This document shows positions 39,855 to 50,946 of a stretch of DNA of 64,000 bases, one piece after another (the stretch's first letter is position 1; the number at the start of each line of letters is the position of its first letter). The DNA is from Squalus acanthias (lineage: Eukaryota), in the NCBI GenBank assembly GCA_030390025.1, contig CM059441.1, positions 67,146,001-67,210,000 on the forward strand, given 5' to 3'. Made by a program: the position numbers and the translations under genes. The notes beneath the pieces were generated by a model that did not search any database, was not told the origin of the DNA, and was given only the letters and a program-made list of their open reading frames with translations.

Positions 39855-40018
39855 CTTGAAAACAAAATGAAGAAGAGTTGGAACAACATCGGCTGCACTC
39901 GGCCCATTTGCATTCAAGACTGTGATCGATAGATTTTTTTTGTTAGGTAAGGGTATCAAGGAATACGGAGCCAAAGTGGGAAAATGGAGTTGAAGTACAG
40001 CTCAGCCATGATCGAATT

Positions 40019-40483
40019 GTCAGCCGTGGCTCAGTGGGCAGCACTCTCGCCTCTGAGTCAGGAGGTTGTGGGTTCAAGTCCCACTCCAGAGACTTGAGTA
40101 CATAAAGCTAGGCTGACACTCCTCAGTGCAGTGCTGAGGGAGTGCTGCACTGTCAGAGGTGTCGTCTTTCAGATGAGACATTAAACCGAGGGCCCGTCTG
40201 CTCTCTCAGGTGGACGTAAAAGATCCCACGGCACTATTTCGAAGAAGAGCAGGGGAGTTATCCCCTGTGTCCTGGCCAATATTTATCCCTCAATAAACAT
40301 CTCAAAAATAGATTATCTGGTCATCATCACATTGCTGTTTGTGGGAGCTTGCTGTGCGCAATTTGGCTGCTGCGTTTCCTACATTACAACAGTGACTACA
40401 CTTCAAAAGTATTTCATTGGCTGTAAAACGCTTTGGGACATCCGGTGATCATGAAAGGCGCTATAGAAATGCAAGTCTTTTTT
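40019..40483 (+). mobile_element. Full-length DeuSINE (SacSINE1-like), inserted in a CR1 3' UTR
   Basis: A box TGGCTCAGTGG, B box GGTTCAAGTCC, central Deu-like domain, L2-like tail GGCGCTATAGAAATGCAAGTC; AATTG at both flanks. Confidence 0.9.
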
Positions 40484-40761
40484 AATTGAATGGGGGGAGC
40501 AGGCTGGAGGGGCTGAATGGCTACTCCTGTTCCTAAATTCCTAAAAGAGCGGACGTCCCATTAACAGGGCATCAAATCACTTTGTTGCAGTGGGACTGGC
40601 TCAAGCAGTTAGCAAGAACACTGTCCTTTCCCTTGTGTAAGCTACTGCCAAGACTGAGGAGATGAAAGCCTCTACCAGTTAGAGCCCAATACAGAATGAG
40701 TTCAGGGAACCTAAATCCAGATGCCCATGGGTGTCAATTTACAGTATTGGACTGCCCAGAG

Positions 40762-41220
40762 ACCAACAACAACAACTTGTATTTATATAGCGTCTTTAAC
40801 GTAGTAAAACGTCCCAAGGCGCTTCACCGGAGCGTTAGCAAACAAAATTGGACACTGAGCTGACACTGAGCCACATAAGGAGATATTAGGCCAGGTGACC
40901 AAAAGCTTGGTTGAAGAGGTAGATTTTAAGCAGCTTTTTAAAGGGGGAAGAGAGAGGTAGCGAGGCAGCATGGTTTCGGGAGGGAATTCCAGAGCTTAGG
41001 GCCAAGTCAGCTGAAGGCACGGCCACCAATGGTGGAGCAATTAAAATCGGAGATGTGCAAGGGGCCAGAATTAGAGGAGCGCAGAGATCTCAGAGGGTTG
41101 TGGAGCTGGAGGGGGTTACAGAGATAGGGAGGGGCGAGGAGGCCATGGAGGGATTTGGAAACCAGGATCAGTATTTTAAAATTGAGTCGTTGCTGGACCG
41201 GGAGCCAATGTAGTTCAGTG
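40762..41220 (-). mobile_element. L2 3' fragment
   Basis: LHWLPVQQRLNFKILILVSKSLHGL...GGRAFS. Confidence 0.85.
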
Positions 41221-41952
41221 CTTATTCCACAAAGACGATTGCTGTGGGAATTGAAACCACCATACTGGAGCAACAGAGCGGGGGGGGATGTTCTTCAGGG
41301 CTTGTGGCTTCAGCCCACTTCCAGAAGGTGCTCGAGCGCCCCAGGACTGGCCCTTCGATCTTCCCCACCGCTTACCAGCTGCCTGAAGTGCATGGTGAAA
41401 CAGCAATACACTTTAATTTTAGTAAAGCACGTTGAAGCATTCGTTTAAACTGTGCCAGCGTTTCTCTCTATAAAATTACTACCTACTTCTGTGTTTGAAG
41501 CCACTTATCTGTTATTGAAGTCATATTAGCGAGTTAGTGCTCTTCTTTAAAGCTGCATGTGGGAACATCTGCATCCGAAATGTTAGATATGCTTGACCTC
41601 AATTGTGTTCAACATAATGGCTTTCAACCAGTAACTAATATCCAAAATGAAATTTACATAAAACTGGTGATTGTGTCAGGGGCTGGAGAGCAAAAGAACA
41701 ATTATCAGCGAGCAGAATTTTGCAAAGGGTTTGAATGAAATCACAAATTGCCACAGCGAAACAGATTAACACAGGATCTAAAATAATGTGACGTCGCGGA
41801 ATAATGACTATTCTGAAGAATTTTTTTTTGACAACACAGTCCTCGCAAATTAAGCACACTGGTTACCTCTTGTTTCTAACCCCTCAAAGATAATAGAAGT
41901 GACTTGTGATTTGCAGGAACTGGTTTTCAAAGGTGAAGTTTTTAAGTGACCT

Positions 41953-42173
41953 AAAAATAGAAAATGCTGGAAATACTCAGCAGGTCAGGCAGCATCTGTG
42001 GAGAGAGAAACAGAGTTAAAGTTTCAGGTCGATGACCCTTCGTCTGATGAAGGGTCATCGACCTGAAACGTTAACTCTGTTTCTCTCTCCACAGATGCTG
42101 CCTGACCTGCTGAGTATTTCCAGCATTTTCTGTTTTTATTTCAGATTTCCAGCATCTGCAGTATTTTGCTTTT
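41953..42173. mobile_element. Near-perfect fold-back PLE derivative in NUDCD3 intron 1
   Basis: 92-nt inverted arms centred on 42045 plus a 36-nt one-sided tail; TSD GTTTTTAAGTGACCT / GTTTTTAGTGACCT; CTGATGA...GAAACGTT core at 42044-42072. Confidence 0.88.
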
Positions 42174-42881
42174 GTTTTTAGTGACCTGTTCCTTATGTTG
42201 ATGACGAGTTCTGAAATGGCTCCAAGGACGTCAATTACGACGGATTAAATCCACTTCTCTAGCTTTCAGGGCCCATCGTGAGAAGCAGCTCAGACCCGAG
42301 AGTGTACCCTGGGCAAGTACAAGCCAAGGCCGTCAACACAATCTTAAGAACATAAGAATTCGGAGCAGAAGTCGGCCATACGGCCCCTCGGGCCTGTTCC
42401 GCCATTCAATAAGATCGTGGCTGATCTTCCACCTCAACGCCACTTTCCTGCCCCTATTCCCCATATCCCTTCAATTCCTCGAGTCCAAATCTTCTGGATT
42501 CAGGAGGTGTTGACAGACAGCTCGGAGTACTTGACGACTCTTAGTTGAAGGGAAATACTTGAGCGCGTTGTATCCCGGTCATGGTTCAGTAAATGGGCGC
42601 AAGTCTCCAGCCTCTCCGCTGGAATAGCTCCGCTGGGCACTCACTGGAGCAAACGTGAAAGAAAGTTGCACGGAACAGATCCAAGAGACCTGCACCTTTG
42701 ACCCCAATGATACACAGTTCTGAGCATAAACCATTTACATCGCTTGCAGTTTGAGGTCAGTATTGTTCCCATTGCCCGAGCAGTCATTTTTTTTCTGGTC
42801 TCTCTTCACAATGGGATGCTTGACAGCTGTGTAAGTGAACTCTGCTACTCTTGACCGTGCTGTTAATCTGCTCCAGTTGTA

Positions 42882-42907
42882 GTGTGTGTGTGTGTGTGTG
42901 TGTGTGT
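42882..42907. repeat. (GT)13 microsatellite
   Basis: Direct read. Confidence 0.95.
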
Positions 42908-43022
42908 ATTTCCGTGCTCCTCACCTACGAAGCCTGCATAATACGACTGCTTCGATTCTCCATGTATTTATGCTGAAATGATTTTTTTTTTTTATACCCT
43001 CCAGCAAATACCTGATCACACA

Positions 43023-43392
43023 AAAAGACTTGCATTTCTATAGCGCCTTTCACCACCACCGGACGTCCCAAAGCGCTTTACAGCCAATGAAGTACCTTTT
43101 TTTTTGAAGTGTAGTCGCTGCTGTAATGTAGGAAACACGGCAGCCAATTTGCGCACAGCAAGATCCCACAAACAGCAACGTGATAATGACCAGACAATCT
43201 GTTTTTAGCAATGGCGATTGAGGGATAAATATTGGTCAGGACACCGGGGAGAACTCCCCCCTGCTCTTCTTCGAAATAGTGCCGTGGGATCTTTTACGCC
43301 CAACTGAGAGCGCAGACGGGGCCTCGGTTTAACGTCTCATCCGAAAGACGGCACCTCCGACAGTGCAGCACTCCCTCAGCACTGCACTGGAG
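43023..43392 (-). mobile_element. DeuSINE 3' part
   Basis: Reverse complement of about 40130-40483. Confidence 0.85.
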
Positions 43393-43394
43393 AG

Positions 43395-44840
43395 ATTTTG
43401 CATTTATATAGCGCCTTTAACGTAGTGAACCGCCCCAAGACACTTCACAGGAGCGATTTCAAACAAAATTTGACACAGAGCCATATATGGAGATATTGGG
43501 ACAGGTGCGGTAGGTTTTAAGGCACATCTTACAGGAGGAGAGAGAGTTCAAGAGCAATGTCTCCCCTCAGGTGCGCATCAAGATGAGGTCCCGCGCAGGT
43601 CGCTCGCAAGCAGTTGCCACTGGAAGATACCGCGCATGCGGGCAGCAAATTTAAAGGGACCGTGCATGAAAGAAAAATTAGACGGAACATTGGTAGAGAG
43701 GCGGAGAGGTTTCGGGAGAGAATTCCAGAGCTTAGGGCCTAGGCAGCTGAAGGCACGGCCGCCAACGGTGGAACGATTAAAATCGGGGATGCGCTAGAGG
43801 CCAGAATTGGAGGAGCGAAAAGATCTCGGAGGGTTGTAGAGCTGGAGGCGGTTACAGCGATAGGGAGGGACGAGGCAATGGAGGGATTTGAAAATACGAA
43901 TTAAAGTTTTAAAATCGAGGCATTGCTGGACTGGGAGCCAATATAGGTCAGCGAGCACAGGGGTGATGGACGAACGGGACTTGGTGCGAGTTAGGACTAC
44001 GGGCAGCAGAGTTTTGGATGAGCTCAAGTTTACGTAGGGTAGAATGTGGGAGGCCAGCCAGGAGTGCGTTGGAATAGTCAAGTCTAGAGGTAACAAAGGC
44101 ATGGATGAGGGTTTCAGCAGCGGATGAGCTGAGGCAGGATCGGAGTCAGGCGATGTTACAGAGGTGGAAGTAGGCGGTCTTGGTGACGGAGCGGATGTGT
44201 GATTCATCTCAGGGTCAAGCAGGACACCAAGATTGCGAGCAGTCTGGTTCAGCCTCAGACAGTTACCAGGGAGAGGGATGGAGTCGGTGGCTGGGGAACG
44301 GAGTTTGTGGCCGGGACCGAAGACAATGGCTTCAGTCTTCCCAATATTTAGTTGGAGGAAATTTCTGTTCATCTCGTACTGGATGTCGGGCAAGCAGCCT
44401 GAAAAGTTAGAGACAATGGATTGGTCAAGAGAGGTGGTGGCGAGGCAGAGCTGGGTCTTCGTCAGCGTATTTGTGGAACCTGATGAGAGTTTTTGGACGA
44501 TGTCGCCGAGGGTCATCATGTAGATAAGAAATAGGAGGGGGCCAAGTATAGTTCCTTGGGGGACACCAGATGCGGGAGCGGGAAGAGAAGCTCTTGCAGG
44601 TGATTCACTGAATACAACTGTATAGATAAGAATAGAACCAGGCGAGTGTAGTCCCACCCAGCTGGACGACAGAAAAGAGGCGTTGGAAGAAGGTGATGTG
44701 GTGAACGGTATTAAAAGCTGCAGAGAGTTTAAGAAGGATGGAGGGATAGTTTAGCACAGCACATAGGATGTCATTTGTGACTTGATATTGGCCGTTTCAG
44801 TACTGTGCCAGGGCGGAAACCTGATTGGAGGGATCCAGAC
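43395..44840 (-). mobile_element. L2 LINE fragment with RT motifs
   Basis: SGVPQGTILGPLLFLIYM, NFLQLNIGKTEAIVFG, LYWLPV in ORF 43794-44657; L2 tail near 43400. Confidence 0.88.
43555..43692. mobile_element. About 140-bp MITE copy 3, inserted in an L2 3' end
   Basis: CAATGTCTCCCCTCAG...TAGACGGAACATTG; host L2 sequence resumes after it. Confidence 0.65.
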
Positions 44841-45006
44841 ATGGTGGAGATAAGGCCGGGCGAGGGGCTGTTTTTAGGGCGAGCAGAGGCGCGGACTGCC
44901 GGAATGCAGCACGGGCGAGGGGACGGAGGGCGGATTCGGAGATGGGGCGTTGGAAGGGGTGAGACCGTGATCTGATTTCAACAGGAGTGCCGACCATGGC
45001 TCAGTG

Positions 45007-45485
45007 GGTAGCATAGTGGTTACGTTACTGGACTAGTAATCCAGAGGCCTAGACGAATAATCTGGAGATGCGAGTTCAAATTCCACCACGGCAGCTGGGG
45101 AATTTAAATCCAATTAATTAAATAAAAAATCTGGAATAAAAAGCTAGTATCAGTAATGATGACACGAAACTACCAGATTGTCGTAAAAACCCATCTGGTT
45201 CACTAATGCCCTTTAGGGAACTAAATCTGCCGTCCTTACCCGGTCTGGCCTATATGTGACTCCAGACCCACAGCAATGTGGTTGACTCTTAATTGCCCTC
45301 TAGCAAGCCACTCAGTTGTACCAAACCACTGCGACCTAGTCAGCACTGTGGGAGTACCTTCACCACATGGACTGCAGCAGTTCAAGAAGGTGGCTCATCG
45401 CCACCTTCTCGAGGGCAATTAGGGATGGGCAATAAATGCTGGCCTTGCCAGCGACACCCACATCCTGTGAACGTATAACTAAAAA
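45007..45485 (+). mobile_element. tRNA-derived SINE family B, nested in a DeuSINE head
   Basis: TAGCATAGTGG A box, GTTCAAATTCC B box, LINE-derived tail GGGCAATAAATGCTGGCCTTGCCAGCGAC. Confidence 0.8.
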
Positions 45486-45915
45486 CTCTCTCCTCCGAGT
45501 CAGAAGGTTGTGGGTTCAAGTCCCACTCCAGAGGCTTGAGCACGAAATCTAGGCTGACACTCCGAGGGTCACTCTGAAAGAGTGCTGCACTGTCGGAGGT
45601 GCCGCCTTTCAGACGAGATGTTAAACCAAGACCCCGTCTGCTCTCTCACGTGGATGTAAAGGATCCCATGGCACTATTTCAAACTGTTATCCCCAGTGTC
45701 CTGGCCAATATTTATCCCTCAATCAACATCACTAAAAAACAGATGATCTGCTCATTATCACATTGCTGTTTGTGGGAGCTTGCTATGCGCAAATTGGCTG
45801 CCATGTTTCCAACATTACAATAGTGACTACACGTCAAAAAAGTACATCATTGGCTGTAAAACGCTTTGGGACAACCATTGGTTGTGAAAGGTGCTGTATA
45901 ATTGAAAGTCTTTCT
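45486..45915 (+). mobile_element. DeuSINE body (head at 44995-45013)
   Basis: Continues CTCTC...GAGTCAGAAGGTTGTGGGTTCAAGTCCCACTCC to the tail. Confidence 0.85.
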
Positions 45916-46334
45916 TTTTAAATGTTGGGCAACAAGTCAGGATTGGAGGCTTCTGTTACATTGTAGTCCCATTGGTTCAATGTTATGCCATAATATCGAT
46001 GCTAGGTCAGTTTTAGAATCCCTGCCTTTGCGAGAGCGGTTTTATTGGTGACTTTTTCATGAAATGTTTGTTGTAATAATATGATCAGGAAAAGGGCAGT
46101 CTGCTCCATCAAGCCTGACCTGGCAGATATGGTACAGCTTAAGTGTACCATCAACCCAAGCCTTGCCCCACCACCACTTACATCACAATAGTGACTGCAC
46201 TCCAAAAAAGTACTTCATTGGCTGCGAAGTGCTTTGGGACGTCCTGAGGTGGTGAAAGGCGCTGTATAAACGCGAGTCTTTGTTTTTTTTGGTGGGAGGA
46301 GGGTGAGCAGTTTATAGGGAGAAAAAAAACCAAC

Positions 46335-46792
46335 TTGGATTTATATAGCGCCTTCCACGAACACCGGACGTCTCAAAGCTTTACAGCCAATGAAGTACTT
46401 TTAAAAAAAGTGCAGTCACTGTTGTAATGTGGGACACGCGGCAGCCAATTTGCGCACAGCAAGTTTCCACAAACAGCAACGTGATAAATGGCCAGATAAT
46501 GTTTTTGTTATGTTGGTTGAGGGATAAATATTGGCCCAGGAAACCAGGGAGAACTCCCCTGCTCTTCTTCGAAATAGTGCCATGGGACCTTTTACGTCCA
46601 CCTGAGAGAGCAGACGAGACCTCGGTTTAACATCTCATCGGAAAGACGGCACCTCCGACAGAGCAGCACTCCCTCAGCACTGCACTGGAGTGTCAGCCTA
46701 GCTTTATGTGCTCGAGTCTCTGGAGTGGGACTTGAACCCACAACCTTCTAGACTCAGAGGTGAATGTGCTACCCACTGAGCCACAGCTGACA
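46335..46792 (-). mobile_element. Full-length DeuSINE starting about 48 nt into NUDCD3 intron 1
   Basis: Minus strand GTCAGCTGTGGCTCAGTGGGTAGCAC... through to the tail. Confidence 0.88.
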
Positions 46793-46809
46793 CCTAGAGA
46801 GAGAGAGAA

Positions 46810-47220
46810 GCCTTTCCCCGTGGGGCCCCCCGCACTCACCCTCAGCATCAGCTTCTCGGCCACCCCGGGCGGGAAGCCCAGCCTGTCCTCCTTGAGCACC
46901 ATCAGGCGGAAGAAGTCGGTCTTCCTGTACAAGAAGCCGAAGAAGACTTGCAGGAAGCTCTCGATCTGGCCGGCGTGCTGCAGGATGCCGAGCAGCGCCT
47001 GGTCGTACAGCTCGCTGCTCTCGGGAGGCCCGTCCATGCCGCCGGAGTCCGTCCTCCTCCACTCTCAGCCCCTTTCTTTCGCCAGCTCTCCTCTCTCTCT
47101 CTTCCCCCACAACCACTTCCGCCGGAAGGAGTCCACCGCAACGACCTTCCCTCTTACCCCCCCCTCCCAGCTTCGCCCCGAAATAAACGTTCCTGGACAA
47201 CAGACCCACGCCTGCTGGTG
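46810..47220 (-). promoter_or_regulatory. CpG-island-like promoter/first exon of NUDCD3 with paired ETS motifs
   Basis: GC- and CpG-rich patch around the ATG; ACTTCCG-CCGGAAG (two opposed ETS/GABP cores) at 47115-47128, about 80 nt upstream of the ATG. Confidence 0.65.
46840..47037 (-). CDS. NUDCD3: NudC domain-containing protein 3, coding exon 1 (66 aa)
   Basis: MDGPPESSELYDQALLGILQHAGQIESFLQVFFGFLYRKTDFFRL...GFPPGVAEKLMLR is the NudC N-terminal motif; donor AGG|GTGAGT; CpG-rich context. Confidence 0.96.
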
Positions 47221-47267
47221 GGAAAATGTTGGAAATCTTGCAGCACAACGCATTTCAAATTTGCATC

Positions 47268-47430
47268 TTTTTTATATTGCAAACAGTCCAGTTATAATTG
47301 TACCTAGTTTTTTTTATATTGCAAACAGTCGTTATAATTATATCGAATTTATTTTTTTATTGCAAAATTGTCCAGTTATAATTATACCTAGTTTATCTTT
47401 TTATTACAAAACAGTCCAGTTATAATTATA
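47268..47430. repeat. AT-rich minisatellite (units about 40-45 bp), resuming after the PLE at about 49205-49270
   Basis: Recurrent TTTTATATTGCAAACAGTCCAGTTATAATT units. Confidence 0.75.
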
Positions 47431-49204
47431 ATAACAGAAAACGCTGGAAAAACTCAGCAGGCCAGGCAGCATCCGTGGAGAGAGAAAGAGAGTCAACGTT
47501 TCAGGTCGATGACCTTTCGTCAGAACTGTGAAGAGCCGGAAATCAAATAGATTTAAGGCCAGAGTAAAGCTGGGAAAAGGGGGAGGGGATAAAGGAACAA
47601 AGGGGGAGATGGAGAGACATTAAGAGATATGCAAGGCTAGAGGTGGTGTTAATGTGACAGATTAAGGCTGAAAGAAGTGTGAAATCCACTGGCAGAATGA
47701 AGGACATCTGCCAGCTTCTAGGAGGAAAAAAAAGGTGGGGGGGGCAAATAAAAGGGTGGAAAAAATAAAATATAAATGTGATTGGAGCTGAGGTTATGAT
47801 CTAAAATTGTTGAACTCGATATTGAGTCCAGAGGGCTGTAGCGTGCCTAAACGAAAGATGAGGTGCTGTTCCTCGAGCTTACGCTGCGCTTCCGTGGAAC
47901 AGTGTAATAGGCCGAGGACGGTGAGGTCAGAGTGGGAGTGAAGCGGTGAATTAAAGTGACAGGCCACCGGGAGCTCGGGGTCCCCCTTACGGACTGAACG
48001 GAGGTGTTCCGCAAAGCGGTCACCCAATCTGCGTTTGGTCTCCCCAATGTAGAGGAGACCACATCGTGAGCAGCGAATACAGTATACTAAATTGCAGGAA
48101 GTACAAGTAAATCGCTGTTTCACCTGGAAGGGGTGTTTGGGGCCCTGGACAGTGGGAAGAGGGGAGGTATAAGGGCATGTGTTGCATCTCCTGCGCGTGC
48201 ACGGGAAGGTGCCGGGCGAAGGGGAAGGGGTGCTGGGGGTGGTAGAGGAGTGGACTAGGGTGTCACGGAGGGAGCGGTCCCTGCGGAATGCTGAAAGGGG
48301 AGGTGAGGGGAAGATGTGTTTGGTGGTGGGATCACGCTGGAGGTGGCGGAAATGGCGGAGGATGATCCGTTGAATGTGGAGGCTGGTGGGGTGAAAGGTG
48401 AGGACAAGGGGAACCCCATCGTGGTTCCGGGAGGGAGGGAGGGGCAGGGGTGAGGGCAGAAGTGCGGGAGATAGAACGGACACGGTCGAGGGCCGTGTCG
48501 ACCACGGTAGAGGGGAATCCTCGGTTGAGGAAAAAGGAAGACATGTCGGAAGCACTGGTATGGAAGGTGGCATCATCAGAGCAGATGCGGCGGAGACGGA
48601 GAAACTGGGAGAATGGAATAGAGTCCTTACAGGAGGCGGGGTGGGAGGAAGTGTAGTCCAGGTAGCTGTGGGAGTCAGTGGGCTTGTAGTGAATGTTAGT
48701 CAATAACCTATCCCCAGAGATGGAGATGGAGAAGTCGAGGAAGGGAAGGGAAGGTGAGGGAAGGGTGGAAATTGGAAGCATAGTGAATGAAATGTTCTAG
48801 TTCAGGGCGAGAGCAGGAGACGGCACCGATACAGTCATCAATGTACCGGAAAAAGAGGTGAGGGAGGGGACCCGAGTAGGACTGGAACAAAGAGTGTTCC
48901 ACATATCCCACGAAAAGGCAGGCATAGCTAGGACCCATGCGGGTACCCATAGCAACACCTTTAATTTGGAGGAAATGGGTAGAGTCAAAGGAGAAGTTGT
49001 TCAATGTGAGAACAAGTTCAGCCAGGCGGAGGAGGGTGGTGGTGGATGGGGACTGGTTGGGCCTCTGTTCAAGGAAGAAGCGGAGCGCCCTCAGGCCATC
49101 CTGGTGGGGAATGGAGGTGTAGAGGGATTGTACGTCCATGGTGAAGAGGAGACGGTTGGGGCCGGGAAACTGGAAACTGTTAAAATGGCGGAGGGCATCG
49201 GAAG
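47431..49204 (-). mobile_element. Penelope-like retroelement (Neptune-type), 5'-truncated and frameshifted, RT + GIY-YIG endonuclease
   Basis: ORFs 48708-49223 (MDVQSLYTSIPH, GVAMGTRMGP, RYIDD), 48332-48781 (thumb, HYKPTD) and 47794-48576 (CTRRRCNTC Cys linker, LVYCIRCSRCGLLYIGET); 3' terminal repeat about 47431-47530. Confidence 0.93.
47491..47527 (-). ncRNA. Minimal type I hammerhead ribozyme in the PLE 3' repeat
   Basis: Minus strand AGTT-CTGACGA-A-AGGTC atc GACCT-GAAAC-GTT-GACT: full CUGANGA/GAAA core, 5-bp stem II, palindromic ACGU stem III, GUU triplet, 4-bp stem I. Confidence 0.8.
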
Positions 49205-49549
49205 AGTTATAAATATACCTCATTTATCTTTTTATTGCAGTCTATTTATAATTGTATCTGGTTTATTTTTTCCTTTATCAATTTAGTACTATGTATAAAA
49301 ACCCTGGAGGTTGGGAGTACAAATAATATTCATATCAGCCTAAATTTTAAAAGGCAAAGCCCACAATTATTTTGGGAATCCCCTCTGCAAGATCAAGAAG
49401 TGTGTTCCACTTGTGCTCCTCGCTTGTAACAAAAATGGTTATTTTCAGTGCTACTTAAAGCCAGCGACAATTATTAAGAACTTGCACTTACATAGCACAT
49501 ATCACATTCTTAGGATGTTCCAAGACACTTCATAATGAATGAATTACTT

Positions 49550-49990
49550 ATTGAGTACAAAAGTAGAGAAGTTATGCTGAACCTTTATAAAGCGCTGGTT
49601 AGGCCACAACTGGAGTATTGCATCCAGTTCTGGTCACCATACTTTAGCGAAGGGTGTGAAGGCCCTTGAGAGGGTGCAGAGGAGATTAACCAGAATGGTT
49701 CTGGGGATGGAGGATCTTAGCTACAAGGACAGGTTGGAGAAGCTGGATTTGTTTTCATTAGAGCAAAGGAGGTTGAGGGGTGATTTGATAGAGGTGTACA
49801 AGATTATGACGGGTTTGGATAGGCTAGACTGGGAGAGGCTGTTCCATCTAGTTGATGGTACAAGAACTAGGGGACACAGATTTAAGGTTTTGGGCAAGAG
49901 ATATAGGGGGGATGTGAGGTAAAACTTTTTTACACAGCAAGTGGGGAGGACCTGGAATTCACTGCCGACGAAAGTGGAAGAAGCGGAGAC
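49550..49990 (+). mobile_element. CR1 fragment
   Basis: [14 protein letters not shown]...RGDLIEVYKIM. Confidence 0.85.
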
Positions 49991-50475
49991 ATAAGAACAT
50001 AAGAAATAGGAGCAGGAGTAGGCCATTCAGCCCTTCGAGCCTGCTCCACCATTTAATAAGATTATGGCTGATCTTCTGCCTCAACTCCATTCACCGGCCC
50101 TATCGCCATATCCCTTGATGCCCATACTAGTCAGAAATCTATCGACTTCTGTTTTGAATATACCCAATGACTGAGCCTCCACAGCCCTCTGGGGTAGAGA
50201 ATTCCAAAGATTCACCACCCTCTGTGTGAAGAAATTTCTTCTCATCTCAGTCCTGAATGGCCTACCCTTTATCCTGAGGCCCCTGGTTCTAGACTCCCCA
50301 GCCATGGGAAACATTCACCCTATCAAGCCCTGTACGAATTTTGTATGCTTCAATGAGATCCCCTCTCATTCTTCTGAATTCAAGAGAATACAGGCCTAGT
50401 TTACTCAATCTCTTCTCATACGACAGTCCCGCCGTCCCAGGAATCAATCTCGTGAACCTTCGTTGCACTCCCTCA
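49990..50475 (-). mobile_element. CR1 3' fragment, tail-to-tail with the previous one
   Basis: GVQRRFTRLIPG...RRNFFTQRVVNLWNSLP; TTCTTATG tail. Confidence 0.88.
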
Positions 50476-50926
50476 ATGTTTTCAAGGGGAGACTGGATAG
50501 GCACTCGAGGGAAATAAACTTGCAGGGCTACGGGGATGGAGCAGGGGAATGGGACTGACTGGATTGCTCTACAGAGAGCTGGCACGGACTCGATGGGCCG
50601 AATGGCCTCCTTCTGTGCCGTATGACTCTTATGAAGCAGTCACTGTTGTTTTCCAGGCAATTGAAGCAGCTAAATTGTGCACAAGGTTCCACAAACAGCA
50701 ATCAGATCAATGACCAAATAATCTGTTGTTGTTGCTGTTGGTTGGCCAGGACACCAGAGGGCATACCCTGCTCTTTTTCAGATCATACGATGGGGGTCTT
50801 TTACATCTGCCTAAACAGAGGTCATCTGAAAGACCGCAACCTGAACAATCTAGCACTCCCTCAATACCACACTGAAGTGTCAGCTTAGATTATCTGCTCC
50901 AGTGATGGACAGTGACTGAGACCCCT

Positions 50927-50946
50927 CCCCCCCCCCCCCCCCCCCC
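50927..50946. repeat. C20 homopolymer
   Basis: Direct read. Confidence 0.9.

Noticed and set aside
40019-40090. tRNA genes at A/B-box sequences
   Set aside because: They continue into SINE bodies and lack a full cloverleaf
40590-40760. Possible LF-SINE-like relic (also near 13105-13215)
   Set aside because: Only short scattered matches to a recalled consensus; needs an HMM search
46760-47425. Long plus-strand ORFs (221 aa here, 161 aa at 39365-39850)
   Set aside because: Antisense shadows of GC-rich NUDCD3 exons with no recognisable domain
47268-47430. CRISPR-like array
   Set aside because: Degenerate tandem units without unique spacers, in a vertebrate context
50927-50946. C20 tract as a functional G-quadruplex
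   Set aside because: Lies in a decayed SINE, and homopolymer length is unreliable
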